NCBI GenBank assembly: GCA_964016885.1
Contig: OZ024740.1
Span: 235,352,001 to 235,416,000 of the forward strand
Source of the DNA: Eledone cirrhosa
Lineage: Eukaryota
Reading direction: 5' to 3'
DNA length: 64,000 bases
Shown here: piece by piece, positions 1 through 10,932 of the stretch
How the letters are laid out: the number at the start of each line of letters is the position of its first letter
Position numbering within the stretch: the stretch's first letter is position 1
Translations under genes and position numbers: made by a program
Notes under the pieces: generated by a model
What the model was told of the DNA's origin: nothing
Database searches by the model: none
Seen by the model: the letters and a program-made list of their open reading frames with translations, nothing else

Positions 1-39
1 CAAAAGGTCACATATTTGCATGAGTTGATTAGAGCAATT

Positions 40-830
40 CAATATTTAACTGGTATTTACTTTAATGAACATAGAAAAACTAAAGGCAAAATTCACTCAG
101 ATAGGAATTAAATTCAGAATGTAATTCAATATATCAAAGTATTTCGTTCAATGTTCTATCAGTTCTACAAATACAATTCCATTGTTTTCTAGGATAATGG
201 TTTTTAGTTTAGGCACAGAGCCAGCAATTTTTTGTGGATTGGGGGTGGGGGCATTGATTACATTGACACTAGTACTTGGCTGGTTCTTTATTTATCAACC
301 TCAAAATGATGGAAAGCAAAGTTGAACTCAGAATGGATGGAAGAAACTTGAACAAATATTGTCCACTTGCTAATGATTCTATAAACTTACCACCCTTCCT
401 TCAGAAATAATTGTTTCTACTTTTGACACAAGGCCAGCAATTATCCCAGTGCATTACTGGTACTTTATTTTATCGACCCCATAAGGATGAAAGGCAAAGT
501 TAACCTCGGCAAGATTTGAAATCAGACTGTAAAGGGCCGTAACTCTATACTGCATAGCATGGCGCCCGACTCTCTACTGATACTGCCAATCCACCACCCT
601 GCAGAAATAAAGATTTCTAATTTAAGCACAACGCCAACAATTTTCAGGGGAAGGGAAAGTTGATAACATCGACTCCAGTGTACTACTGGTACTTTATTTT
701 ATTGTCCCCCGTAAGGACAAAAAGCAAAGATAACCTCACTAGGATTTGAACTCAGAAAGTAAAGTGATTTCTAATTTAGGTACAAAGCCAGCAACTTGTT
801 GGGAGGAGAAAACTGATTGGTGGTGGTGGT
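40..830 (-). mobile_element. Tandem cluster of 4-5 degenerate tRNA-head SINEs with a Nin/Deu-like central domain
   Basis: Repeated motif GGTACTTTATTTTATCGACCCC..AAGGATGAAAGGCAAAGTTAACCTCGG..GATTTGAA(A/C)TCAGA, best copy about 410-600. Same family as 43513-43699. Domain naming is from recollection of SINE central domains. Confidence 0.75.
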
Positions 831-1535
831 GGTGGCCATGATGATATTGATGATGACAATAATAATAAGAGTAATTTCTTTTGTATTGGCACAAACTGAT
901 TTATTTTTGTAAGAGGAGAGACTGTTATAGACATATGGGATTAAAATATTCTTTTGGCCCTTTATTTTACTAATCTTGAAGACTTAAATCACTTAGTGCA
1001 ACTTTTTGTTATCTTTTTTGGCAAGATTGAAATTCAGAAATATAAGAAAAGTGAATCTAAATAGCAATCTTCTAGACAATTTATATTTCTTAACTAATCT
1101 GTTCTTATATAGATTATCATATAGAGGCTTCCAATTCTAGTCACTATCATGAGAAAATTGTGTTAGTCATCTTTATTATCATCTGCATTATCTCTTCCAC
1201 CATTTCTCCATTTCTATCCCGGATATTTGGTATTTTGCCAGAGAAGATAGAAATTTATGTCTTGCTACTTACACAGTTGGTCTAATATTCAGACACTAAC
1301 ACCCACTTCTCTTCCATAGCTCAGATTAACAACTATATTGGTCTTTTCTGTTATATTCAGCTTTTGTGGATTTTAAAACACAAAGAGATGTTTTCTTCTA
1401 GTTTATCTGTTATGTTATTTTTGGCAAAAGTCTTCTTTTTTGGGGACATTTGCACTTTTGATATTTGACATGAGGCCAGACAATTTGGATATAGATATTT
1501 GATATCAATATAAGCAACTAAAACTCCATGAAGTT

Positions 1536-1586
1536 GGTGTCCTAGCATGGTTGCAGTCCAATGACTGAAACAATAAAAGAATAAAT
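1536..1586 (+). mobile_element. Short 3' tail fragment shared with the CR1/L2-type LINE
   Basis: GGTGTCCTAGCATGGTTGCAGTCCAATGACTGAAACAATAAAAGAATAAA resembles the reverse complement of 22076-22147. Confidence 0.5.
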
Positions 1587-2157
1587 GATTGTCTTAGTAA
1601 AGACAATTGAAACCATGGAAGTAATGAAGTATAAACATGAAACTTGATTCAAGTGGTTTCAGTGTCACATAGCATTTGTGAAGTGGATCAAGTTGAGCAA
1701 GGGTTTCATAACAGGGATTATATATCAGTGTTCTTAAAAGCATGTGGTGGTGGTCGAGGTGATTACAGTGTTATTGCAATATACATAATTCATAGGTGCG
1801 TGTGGAGAATGAAAGGTTAGGCTTATAAAATGGTGTATCAACTAGATGCAGCCTCACTCCAGGTGTCAAAGGCTATATTAAAGTAGAAGGGTCATAGGGG
1901 ACATGTGAAACAACCAGCAACAAGAGCTAGTCATCTGATACAACCATAAATTATTGACACTACTTCTGGGTGAACTCATTTAAAATTCTAATCTCCTTTC
2001 CACTTCACAGCATGCGATCATATAATATGTATGTTTGTAGGTATATGTGTGTGTGTGCATGTACAAGTGGTTAACTGTACAAAGAAAAGATCACTCAATG
2101 TTATACACACACACAGTGAAATGGAATCATTAGTGCATGGAACAATGTGTGTATATA

Positions 2158-2202
<45 letters not shown>

Positions 2203-2251
2203 ATATATATGTAAATATATATATATATATGTATATATAAATATATATGTT

Positions 2252-2414
2252 AGTCCACACTGTAAACGTGGTTGGTGTTAGGAAGGGCATCCAGCCGTAG
2301 AAAACCTGCCAGACAGTCCTATACGAGCAAGACAACCAATCTTGCCTCACGAGGGACAATTCCCATCTAAACCCATGCTAGCATGGAAGATAGACGTTAA
2401 ACGATGATGATGAT
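2252..2414 (+). mobile_element. RTE family B 3' UTR fragment with (GAT)n tail
   Basis: GGTTGGTGTTAGGAAGGGCATCCAGCC core, ...ACCCATGCTAGCATGGAAGATAGACGTTAAACGATGATGATGAT, flanked by TA/TG microsatellites. Confidence 0.8.
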
Positions 2415-2449
2415 ATGTATGTATGTATACACACACAGGCATGGGTAAA

Positions 2450-2792
2450 TATAAATGAACTCGATGACAAGTTTTCCAGTTACTAGATCAGTGGAACAGT
2501 CTTCTCGTGAAATTAACATTAAGTGGCAGTGCATTTTACTGAAATGTGTACTGCTAACATAATTTTCTCAGGAAAATTCAGCATAACACAATGTTTAACA
2601 AAGTTGACCCTTTTAATTACAAGTACAGCCCATCTCATGAGCTTCCAAACAATTTCCGTTCACCTAATTTCAATGACAAGGCAAGGGTCAACCTGAGGTT
2701 ATGGTAAATGATACCTGACCAAGAGGCCACACAGTAGGATTGAACTTGGAACCATATGATTGTGAAGCAAACTTCTTAACCATTCAGCCATG
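2450..2792 (-). mobile_element. Degenerate tRNA-derived SINE (family of 9165-9470)
   Basis: Reverse complement begins CATGGCTGAATGGTTAAGAAGTTTGCTTC...GTTCAATCC (A/B boxes) and shares body segments with 9165-9470. Confidence 0.55.
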
Positions 2793-2801
2793 TTGCAACA
2801 A

Positions 2802-2847
<46 letters not shown>

Positions 2848-2889
2848 CACACTCTCTTTCTCTCTCCAGCGGAAAAAAATTTTGTTAGG

Positions 2890-3172
2890 TATCATCATCA
2901 TCATTTTACGTCCGCTTTTCCCTGCTTGCAAGGGTGGAACGGGAACTGATTCTGGCTTGATTTCTACAGCTGGATGCCCTCCCTAACACCAACCTCATTT
3001 ACAGTGAGTGCTGGGTGCTTTTTTTCCGTGGCGCCTACACGTCCACTTTACAGTGTGGGCTGGGTGCTTTTTTGACGTGGCACCTCCACGACCACTTTGC
3101 AGTGGAATGATAGGGACCCCAGTCCCTATCATCTCATTTCTACAGCTGAGTAAACTGGAGCAATGTGAAATA
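2890..3172 (-). mobile_element. 5'-truncated copy of the chimeric-tail SINE
   Basis: Near-identical to 27838-28170, 42350-42688 and 54342-54690 but lacks the tRNA head. Carries one extra copy of the 49-bp unit. Confidence 0.85.
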
Positions 3173-3439
3173 TATAAACAAAATTTGTTTTTGTTGAAGT
3201 TGCTATCTACCACATGGTGATTTATGAGGCTGTTTACTTGTAAACAAACAGATTATTAATATTATATTATTATTATATTATTATTATTCACTCATGAGTA
3301 TGTATGTGTGCATATATATATATGTGCGCGTATATGTATGTGTGTGTGCGCATATATATGTGTGTGTGTGCACGTATTTATATGTGTGTGTGTGTGTGAG
3401 ACAAAGACTAAGGTCATAGTAAGTAGAAGAGATAACAGA

Positions 3440-4536
3440 ATGCAGATCCTCTCATGGAAATGCCCTTGCTCAGTATGTAGGTAGAAATTCTATCTTCTGC
3501 CCCAATGCAAATTATGGGTACACAAGAGATGTAGTGGGATCTCAGGAAGTTTAGCTAAGAATGTAGGCTTTACATGCAGCTGTTGCACAGGAGCGGTAAG
3601 CAGCAAACTATCACAGGAAACAAGCCTTACTAAATTCTGGGAAACAGTAGACAGCTTCTGTTACTTAGGTGATCGAATTAGCAGTGGAGGTGGGTGTTCT
3701 GAAATTACAGTAGCCAGAGTAAGAACAGGATGGAAGAAGTTCAGGGAGCTACTACCACTGCTGACAACAAAAGGCTTTTCCCTCAAAATGAAAGGCTGAC
3801 TGTATGATGCGTGCATACGAACAGCAATGTTGCATGGTAGTGTGACCTGGGCGTTGTATGCAGAAGACTTGCGTAGATTGGAAACAAATGAAGCTTGAAT
3901 GTTTTGATGGATGTGTAATAGTAATATACATGAATGGCAAAGCATAAACGAATTGAGAGAGAGTCTAGGCATAAGAGGAATCAAATGTTATGTGCAGGAC
4001 AGGAGATTACATCGGTACGGAAATGTGAAGTGTTTGAAGGAAGACAACTACATAAAAAGGTGCAGAGCACTCAAAGTCGATGGAAGCCTTGGAGTGGGGA
4101 GACCCAAGAAAACCTGGAATGAGGTGATAAAAGCTGACCTTGTCCAATTACACCTCTCAAAGGTGATGATACAGGACCAAGACCTCTGGCGTTACGCAGT
4201 AATACAGAAGACCCGACTTCCCACGGGTACAGCTGAAGCTGAAGCATATAGACAGTATGCCCCCACCCCCTCCCACTGTAAAGTGGTCATGTAGGTGCCA
4301 TGACAAAATGGACCCAGCCCAAACTGAAAAGTGGTAGCGTAGGCACCACAATAAAAAGCTCCCAGTTATCACTGTAAATGAGGTTGGCTTTAGGAAGAGC
4401 ATCCAGCTGTAGAAACCAAGCCAAAATCAGTTCTGTATGAACAAGACATGGTCACCTGACTTGGCATTGCCCACAACAGGACAACTCATCTAACCCATGC
4501 TAGCATGGGAAAATGGACGTAAAACGGTGATGATGA
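3440..4536 (+). mobile_element. 5'-truncated, decayed RTE family A LINE (PHD region to 3' tail)
   Basis: Translates to broken CSVC...WVHKRCSGISGSL, FCYLGD, RVRTGWKKFRELLPLL, RRLHRYG, GRPKKTW. 3' UTR homologous to 61462-61765. (GAT)n tail. Confidence 0.92.
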
Positions 4537-4554
4537 TATATATGTGTGTGTGAA

Positions 4555-4765
4555 TCATCATCATCATCGTTTAATGTCCATCTTCACGCTAGCATGGGTT
4601 AAACGGTTTTGTTCCATTCAATGCGGGATAGGTTGGGAGACCATGTCTCGCTCGTACAGAAGTGTCTTTGGCAGGTTTTCTATGGCTGGATGCCCTTCCT
4701 AACACCAACCACTTTTACAGTGTGGACTGGGAGGCTTTTTGTTGTGTCACCGACATAGTGGACAG
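4555..4765 (-). mobile_element. RTE family B 3' UTR fragment, tail-to-tail with the preceding LINE
   Basis: (CAT)n then GTTTAATGTCCATCTTCACGCTAGCATGGGTT...GGATGCCCTTCCTAACACCAACC. Confidence 0.8.
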
Positions 4766-5711
4766 AATATATATATATATATAGTTAGTTCAAGAACAGA
4801 CAAGACACATTCCCATGTTCTCAGGTGGATGCTTTATTAACACACACTGACCTTTAATCTCAGTCGCACTAACTGAGATACCAATTCTTTTATTTAAGCT
4901 AACAATGTCACCAAAAAGATTTACTGCCTTTGTTTAAAAGGAAATTATCAAGTGTTATGTGTTCAATGTTTTCTGGGTGCACAATTCTTATAAATACAAG
5001 AGATTTTGACCTTAGAACAACAAGTCTATTTCTTCGCTCTGCAGGAGCACAGTCGACATCTTTGCTTTGCAACATACAGACAGCACAGTTCATCATGTAG
5101 CCACACACACATGCTCTAGGCAGCTATGCTGGCTCAGTGCCTGTAGGGTTGGCTACCAACATCAACACTACAGTTAGTAAATTCACTACTTTGAAATTTG
5201 ACATTCACACACACTATCAACACATTACAATTATATGTGTACCTTTTTCCATTGTTTATTATTATTGCACATGGTTTCAAAGTAAATGCAACCAATAAAA
5301 ACATAAGAATTATCGGTATCTTGTTCATTTGTAAATTTATATCCATGTGATTGGGGAAAATTGTTGTTTTCCCCACAGAAATATCACATCACCACAATAA
5401 GTAACTCCAACCTTTGGTTTCCTTGACCATGGCAAGAGTTCACAACAACAATTCTCATGACTCACTAAGACACATTTCAGTCACTTGACATGGACTTGAC
5501 CAACAAACCACTCATTCAACTCCGACCACACTACAAATGAACTAAACAGACAAAAAAAATCTTCTTTACTGCTAAATGACATTGTGATATTTTATTTTTC
5601 AGACATAAAATATTCAAGACCACATCTGGTGTGTTCTTTTCTTATGATGGGTGGGTGTGATTTGATAGAAATTTGGCTGCTATTTCTGTCATGTCATGAG
5701 ATCGTGTAGAG

Positions 5712-6012
5712 CAGGGGCGTGCAACAATCTGGCCCGCCAGACCAGTGAGAGTGGCACGCGATGACCATTTTTGATTTTTACCTTGCAGGCTTATTTAGAA
5801 TTTTTTTCATAACCATTATATAATTTTCTGTTAGTTGACCTATACTAAAGGGCTTCACTGATAGGGTTGTGTGTGTTATGGTTTCCCAGTTCCATGTTAT
5901 GGAAAGAAGTTGTGGTGAATCTTTGGAATAGTGCTTTATAAATATTAATGACCCTAATAGTTGTTCTAATGTTCAAAAGTGGCCCGCCAATGGAATATGT
6001 TTCACACCCCTG
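5712..6012. mobile_element. hAT-superfamily MITE
   Basis: Termini CAGGGGCGTGCAAC / GTTTCACACCCCTG, subterminal TGGCCCGCCA motifs, perfect 8-bp TSD GTGTAGAG (5704-5711 and 6013-6020). Confidence 0.85.
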
Positions 6013-6330
6013 GTGTAGAGGTTCTCTCCTTGTTTAGAAGTGCTGTATGCAGGGTTTGGTGCAGTGTTTAGAGAAAAATACACAATAGATGTAGTAAGAA
6101 ACAGATATATTTGTAACAAACTGATTTGAAATGGATGTAGGAGACAGCCATCTAAAGGCTGGCTAGAGTTGTTGGCTAAAATAGTCAACTTCAGCATCAA
6201 AACTACATATATCAACTTTATCATATACTGGCCAATGAGGTGATATGCTGTGATTTTACCTGTTGCTCCTGATGGAATTTTAGGGGCACTGCCATGATGT
6301 CATAACATATGGCATGTCTTAGCAATTTAA

Positions 6331-6541
6331 CCCTTTAGCATTTAAACCAGCTGTAACTGGTAAGAATTCTCTCACCTCTTTCTGTTCAAACCAGCTGTAA
6401 CTGGCCATAACCAGCTACTCTTACTGAAATTAAGGTAGTGTTCTCAAATTAAATAATATCAAAATCTCATGGATTCAATATTATGTGAGGTAAAGCCTTT
6501 ACCTTGAATAGTAAATATAAAGTAATGTATATGCTAAAGGG
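6331..6541. mobile_element. TTAA-flanked (piggyBac-like) MITE
   Basis: TIR CCCTTTAGCAT / ATGCTAAAGGG with TTAA on both sides. Family recurs at least five more times in the window. Confidence 0.8.
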
Positions 6542-7295
6542 TTAAACCTGACAGAGCCCATCCTCTCTTCAGATCTGAGCTTGTTTGATTTCTTCAGAGA
6601 GGAAGAGCGATAGAAAGACATGTAGGAGAAAAACTGACCCCAGTATTTTACTAGTACATTTTCTATTGACCTCAAATGGATGAAAAACAAAGTTAACCTC
6701 ATCAGGATTTGAACTTAGAGAGCACAGGAAGCTCGAATGAATACTGCAAAACAGTCTATCTGAAGTTCAAATGGCTCTGCTAATTCACTTCCTACTCTGG
6801 ATACACTATGTCTCAATAAAAGATGGAATGAATGATTTGATCATGTTTGCTAAACAATAAATAACCATCTCACAGTTTTTGGGAATACAAGTAGAGACTA
6901 TGGGCATTGACCCATCTGCTTTGTACTAGGATTAGTATTGAAATGTGAGCACATAAACATAAATATAAATTATTCCCACTAATCTAACTTCCATCCCCTG
7001 ATGTTCTAACTTGAACCACTACTTGAACCACTACTTGAACCACTTACTAGAACACAAAGACAATGAGCCACCCCTCTCCCCATCAAAAATCCCCCCAAAA
7101 CCAAAACAATGAAACAAAGACCAATCCTCAGGAAATCACATAATGAAAGGTTAGTGATGAAAGAGGAAGAGGAAGAGGAGGAAAGATAGCAGTTGTTGTT
7201 GATAAATCTCCAGCAAAGATAGTCTGCTTTTAGAAATCTCTGTATTTTACACATTACACAGATTACTAGTTGATGTATTTGAGCTTCTTACTTAC

Positions 7296-7397
7296 TTGCA
7301 GATGGCATAGATATGATTCTATTTGAATAATCTCGACTGACATGTACAGTGAGGTGTGCATCTCTGCTGTACTGCAACTGATGCTATTGGTGCACAT
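7296..7397 (-). other. Candidate 102-bp host exon
   Basis: Minus strand has acceptor TTTTCCTGTGTCTCTAG and donor CAA/GTAAGT. Length divisible by 3 with one open frame (MCTNSISCSTAEMHTSLYMSVEIIQIESYLCHLQ). No recognised homology. Confidence 0.3.
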
Positions 7398-7610
7398 CTA
7401 GAGACACAGGAAAAGCATACGTCTCTTTAAACAGCTATAGCAAGGCATATGTGTATGTCACTGTATAATATATATATATGTATACACACACACACATATA
7501 TAATATATATGTACATACATACATACATACATATATATAATATATATGCACACACACATATATAATGTATATGTATGTTTTATGACAGAATTTAAAAAAA
7601 AAAAAAATTC

Positions 7611-7674
<64 letters not shown>

Positions 7675-7807
7675 AAGCAAAGAAAATTTAAAAAATACGA
7701 AAGATTTCCTGGTGGAAGTTCAGGTGTACTCTGGGTTGGTATCCAGTTTCCAGGTGAAAGTCCAATCAGAAAATCCAACGAATTTTGAGAGGTCCACGTA
7801 AGCGTTG

Positions 7808-7839
<32 letters not shown>

Positions 7840-7842
7840 TAT

Positions 7843-8102
7843 GTAAAAGGTAAACAGAAATAACAACACAATCGGTACAGTATATGGTAAATATTAGATT
7901 AATGCTTGATATAGCAGGAAGAGGGTCTTAACGTTTCGGACGCTAGTCCTTCATCAGAAGAAAGAATGAGAAATAAAATAGATTGAGGGGACGGGCGGGA
8001 TGGAATTGGAAAAAATGTCTTTAGATAAAAATAACAGGTCCATTCATGTTGATATCTCTTGCAAAACTGTTGTTGCTGGCGTTATTTCTGTTTACCTTTT
8101 AC
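7843..8102 (-). mobile_element. Penelope-like terminal-repeat remnant with hammerhead motif and 22-bp inverted ends
   Basis: Homologous to 30695-30998. Contains CTGATGAAGGACTAGCGTCCGAAACGTT on the minus strand. 7843-7864 is the exact reverse complement of 8081-8102. Embedded in (TA)n. Confidence 0.65.
7926..7961 (-). ncRNA. Minimal type I hammerhead ribozyme motif
   Basis: TCTT-CTGATGA-A-GGAC(TAGC)GTCC-GAAAC-GT-T-AAGA. Helix I TCTT/AAGA, helix II GGAC/GTCC, palindromic ACGT helix III, extra A after the CUGAUGA box. Confidence 0.7.
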
Positions 8103-8108
8103 ATACAC

Positions 8109-8142
<34 letters not shown>

Positions 8143-8214
8143 CTACACACGTCTATATACTTATGTGTGTATATACCTTCATGTTTGTATGTCAGTGTGT
8201 GTATATATTTATCA

Positions 8215-8388
8215 GTACATACTGTAAATGTGGTAGGCATTAGGAAGGACATCCAGCCATAGAAACCAAGCCTAAATCAGTTCTGTATGAGCAAGGCATG
8301 GTCATCTAATCTGGCTTGTCTCACAACAGGACAACTCATCTCACCGATGCTAACATGGAAAAATGGACGTTAAATGGTGATGATGATG
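8215..8388 (+). mobile_element. RTE family A 3' UTR fragment
   Basis: CACTGTAAATGTGG...AGGAAGGACATCCAGCC...GGACGTTAAATGGTGATGATGATG. Confidence 0.75.
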
Positions 8389-8490
8389 CATACATATATA
8401 TGTGTATATATATATATATATGGTCCTTTAACCTTGTTCTGGTGACGCAGCTCAATGGAGCATGCAACTACTGATATACTCATGTTTATA

Positions 8491-8536
8491 GGCTCTGATG
8501 ATTCCTGCCATGGTGTATGATGAAACACTGTTAGCT
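8491..8536 (+). ncRNA. Degenerate hammerhead motif in a probable Penelope-like 3' end (about 8420-8692)
   Basis: GGCT-CTGATGA-[20 nt, weak stem]-GAAAC-ACT-GT-T-AGCT followed by AATAAA. Segment lies between TA tracts. Confidence 0.45.
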
Positions 8537-8714
8537 AATAAAACAAGGTATTTCTAAGTACTCTTTGGTTATTCCTATAACTATAACGGCTCTGTAGTAT
8601 ACTAGTTATCCTACATTGAGCTAAAACCACACTGTCATACCAAGGGCAATATATCTGCATGTCTGGGCATATTAATATATTTGTCAACGAAATATATATA
8701 TATGTATGTATGTA

Positions 8715-9107
8715 CGAGGGTAACCCCAAAAGTAAGGTATCCAAAGCGATGGGGACGCAGAGAAACTGTTCGTACGGCTGTTGGCAACACTGTTGTGATT
8801 AGTGCTTCCTTCACTTCCAAACGAGCATGCGCGCGCTTCGCTGGGAGGCTCAATCTTGGCTTGGCAGCCGTTGAGAATGGAGCTCCCGTTGAGCGCTACC
8901 GCCAAGTGCGAATTTCGCGCAGTTATTATATAGAGGGCAATCCCCAAAGTAAGGTCTCCTTCCGAGGAAAACATGCGTAAAGCTCAGCGGATCACTCTGG
9001 ATGCTCTCTGCATTTTGGTTCCTGAGGTTTCCCGAAGCACGATCCACAGGATTTTAACGGAAAAGTTGCAATATCGGAAGGAGACCTTACTTTTGGGATT
9101 GCCCTCG
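8715..9107 (+). mobile_element. Internally deleted mariner (Tc1/mariner) element(s) with three TIR copies
   Basis: TA-CGAGGG..CCCAAAAGTAAGG left TIRs at 8715 and 8933, right TIR ending ...GCCCTCG-TA at 9107. Remnant peptides MELPLSATAKCEFRAVI and QRITLDALCILVPEVSRSTIHRILTEKLQYRK resemble the mariner transposase N-terminus/HTH. Confidence 0.85.
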
Positions 9108-9164
9108 TATATTCCATAATCATCATCATCCAGTGTCCTGCTATATATATATATATTTGTGGAC

Positions 9165-9470
9165 ACACCCTGGCCTGATGGTTAAGAAGTTTGCTTCATA
9201 ATCGTTAGGTCCTGGGTTCAATTCCAATGCATGGTATCTTGAGTAAGTGCCATTTACCATAGCTTTGGGTCAACCTATGCATTGTGAGTGAAATTGAGTA
9301 GATGGAAACTGTTTAGCAGCCTGTCAGATAGACTATATCTGTAATTCAAAGGGTCAGCCTTGTCACACTCTGTGTCATGATGAATTTCCCTGAGAATTAC
9401 ACATTAATTTCATGAGTGGGCTGTTCTGTTAACTGGAACACTCATCATCGATACTGATGGATATCCATTC
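9165..9470 (+). mobile_element. Degenerate tRNA-derived SINE
   Basis: A box TGGCCTGATGG, B box GGTTCAATTCC, CORE-like CTTGAGTAAGTG. Related remnants at about 40110-40232, 47990-48180 and 53165-53305. Confidence 0.6.
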
Positions 9471-9511
9471 TGATATATTGGAAAATGTGTGAAATCCTTG
9501 GTACAGTTAGG

Positions 9512-9676
9512 TATATTTGAAAAAAGGAAAAAAATTGCTTCACTTGTAGTGCTAAATAATTTAATTTTAAAATATTACAATTTTGCTATGTAGAAGCAAA
9601 ATTGTAAAATTGTAATATTATAAAATTAAATTGTTTAGAACTATAAGTGAAGCAATTTTTTTTTTTTCAATATATA
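9512..9676. repeat. Fold-back palindrome (MITE-like)
   Basis: AAAAAAATTGCTTCACTTGTAGTGCTAAATAATTTAATTTTAAAATATTACAATTTT mirrored, with few mismatches, by AAAATTGTAATATTATAAAATTAAATTGTTTAGAACTATAAGTGAAGCAATTTTTTT. Confidence 0.75.
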
Positions 9677-9679
9677 TAT

Positions 9680-9898
9680 GGTGGCTGCCAACTCGTTTTC
9701 GAGTACGGCCACTACTTTATATCCATGTAGGAAAACCCCTAACGAGCGTGACTTTTTAGTCCAGCCAGCGACTTGAAAACTCTGGCATAAACACTACACT
9801 TGTGACAACTAGTGACACATAGTGCTGGGCCCATGGTACCATGTGACAACAAGTGCAGAGAGATCTCCAGATACAAAGCAATGCCTGTGCCGTGAACA
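9680..9898 (-). mobile_element. 5'-truncated copy of the adjacent non-autonomous retroposon
   Basis: About 220 bp nearly identical to 10021-10249. Confidence 0.75.
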
Positions 9899-10020
9899 TA
9901 TATATATACATACATATATACATACATACATTACATACATACATACACATATACATACATACATCCATATATATATACATACATACATATATAGATACAT
10001 ATATACATACATACATACAT

Positions 10021-10629
10021 GGTGGCTGCCAACTCATTTTCGAGTACGGCCACTACTTTATATCCATGTAGGAGAACCCCTACCGATGCGCTGAACGAGT
10101 GTGACTTTTTAGTCCAGCCAGCGACTTGAAAACTCTGGTACAAACACTACACTTGTGACAATTATTGACACATAGTGCTGGGCCCATGGTACCATGTAAC
10201 GACAAGTGCAGAGAGATCTCCAGATATAAAGCAATGCCTGTGCCGTGAAGCTTTTATAGTGAGCAAAGGCACTGCACAGAGCCAGTCCCACTCTCTTAAC
10301 CAAGATGATATTTACCAAAAAGAAGAACAAGTCAACATCATTGGATACCATCAGAGTTGCAGGTGTTATATCAGAGTTTTCCTTCTCCTAGAATTCTGCC
10401 TTGACAAAGGCTAAGGGGTCATCTCTCCCGGCGATTTTGGATGGCCATTGACTCTAAAAAGCTCCTTTGCCCTTTGACAGGTTTTGTTTTTAGTCCTGCA
10501 GGATGTCCAAAGTCACCCTCCTCACCAAGAAACCTTGGTCGGGTTGCCAGTTTAGTCGCCAACGACCCGACCATGAGACAGGTTGTACTGGGATACATGT
10601 TACCAGTAGCACCAACTGGTGACCTGACA
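10021..10629 (-). mobile_element. About 610-bp non-coding retroposon, probably a non-autonomous RTE-type element with (TATG)n tail
   Basis: Minus strand ends GGCAGCCACC-(ATGT)n. Contains CTAGGGAGAAGGAAAACTCTGA, resembling RTE 5' UTR motifs (recollection). Hairpin-rich 5' end. No RT ORF. Confidence 0.55.
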
Positions 10630-10792
10630 TAATATATATATATACATATATATATACATATATATACACATACATATATATATATATACATATATATACA
10701 CATACATATATACACATACAAGTATATACATATACATATACACATATACACATATACATATACACATATACACGTATACATATATACATATT

Positions 10793-10932
10793 ACAGTCAG
10801 TAGGCACCTCTAACAAAATACCCCCCCCCACTACCCCCCCTTTCAATGTAAAGTTATGTTGGTACCACAACATCCAACCCGAAACAAATGCGGTCGTGTA
10901 GGTGTCACGACAAAAACACACACAGTCCATGC
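10793..10932 (+). mobile_element. RTE family B 3' region fragment, inverted against the next copy
   Basis: Reverse complement of sequences in 24670-24831 and 11160-11298. Confidence 0.7.

Noticed and set aside
4783-5110. Possible Penelope-like 3' end with hairpin ATCTCAGT/ACTGAGAT and ORF ending LLNKGSKSFW
   Set aside because: No hammerhead core and only vague peptide similarity
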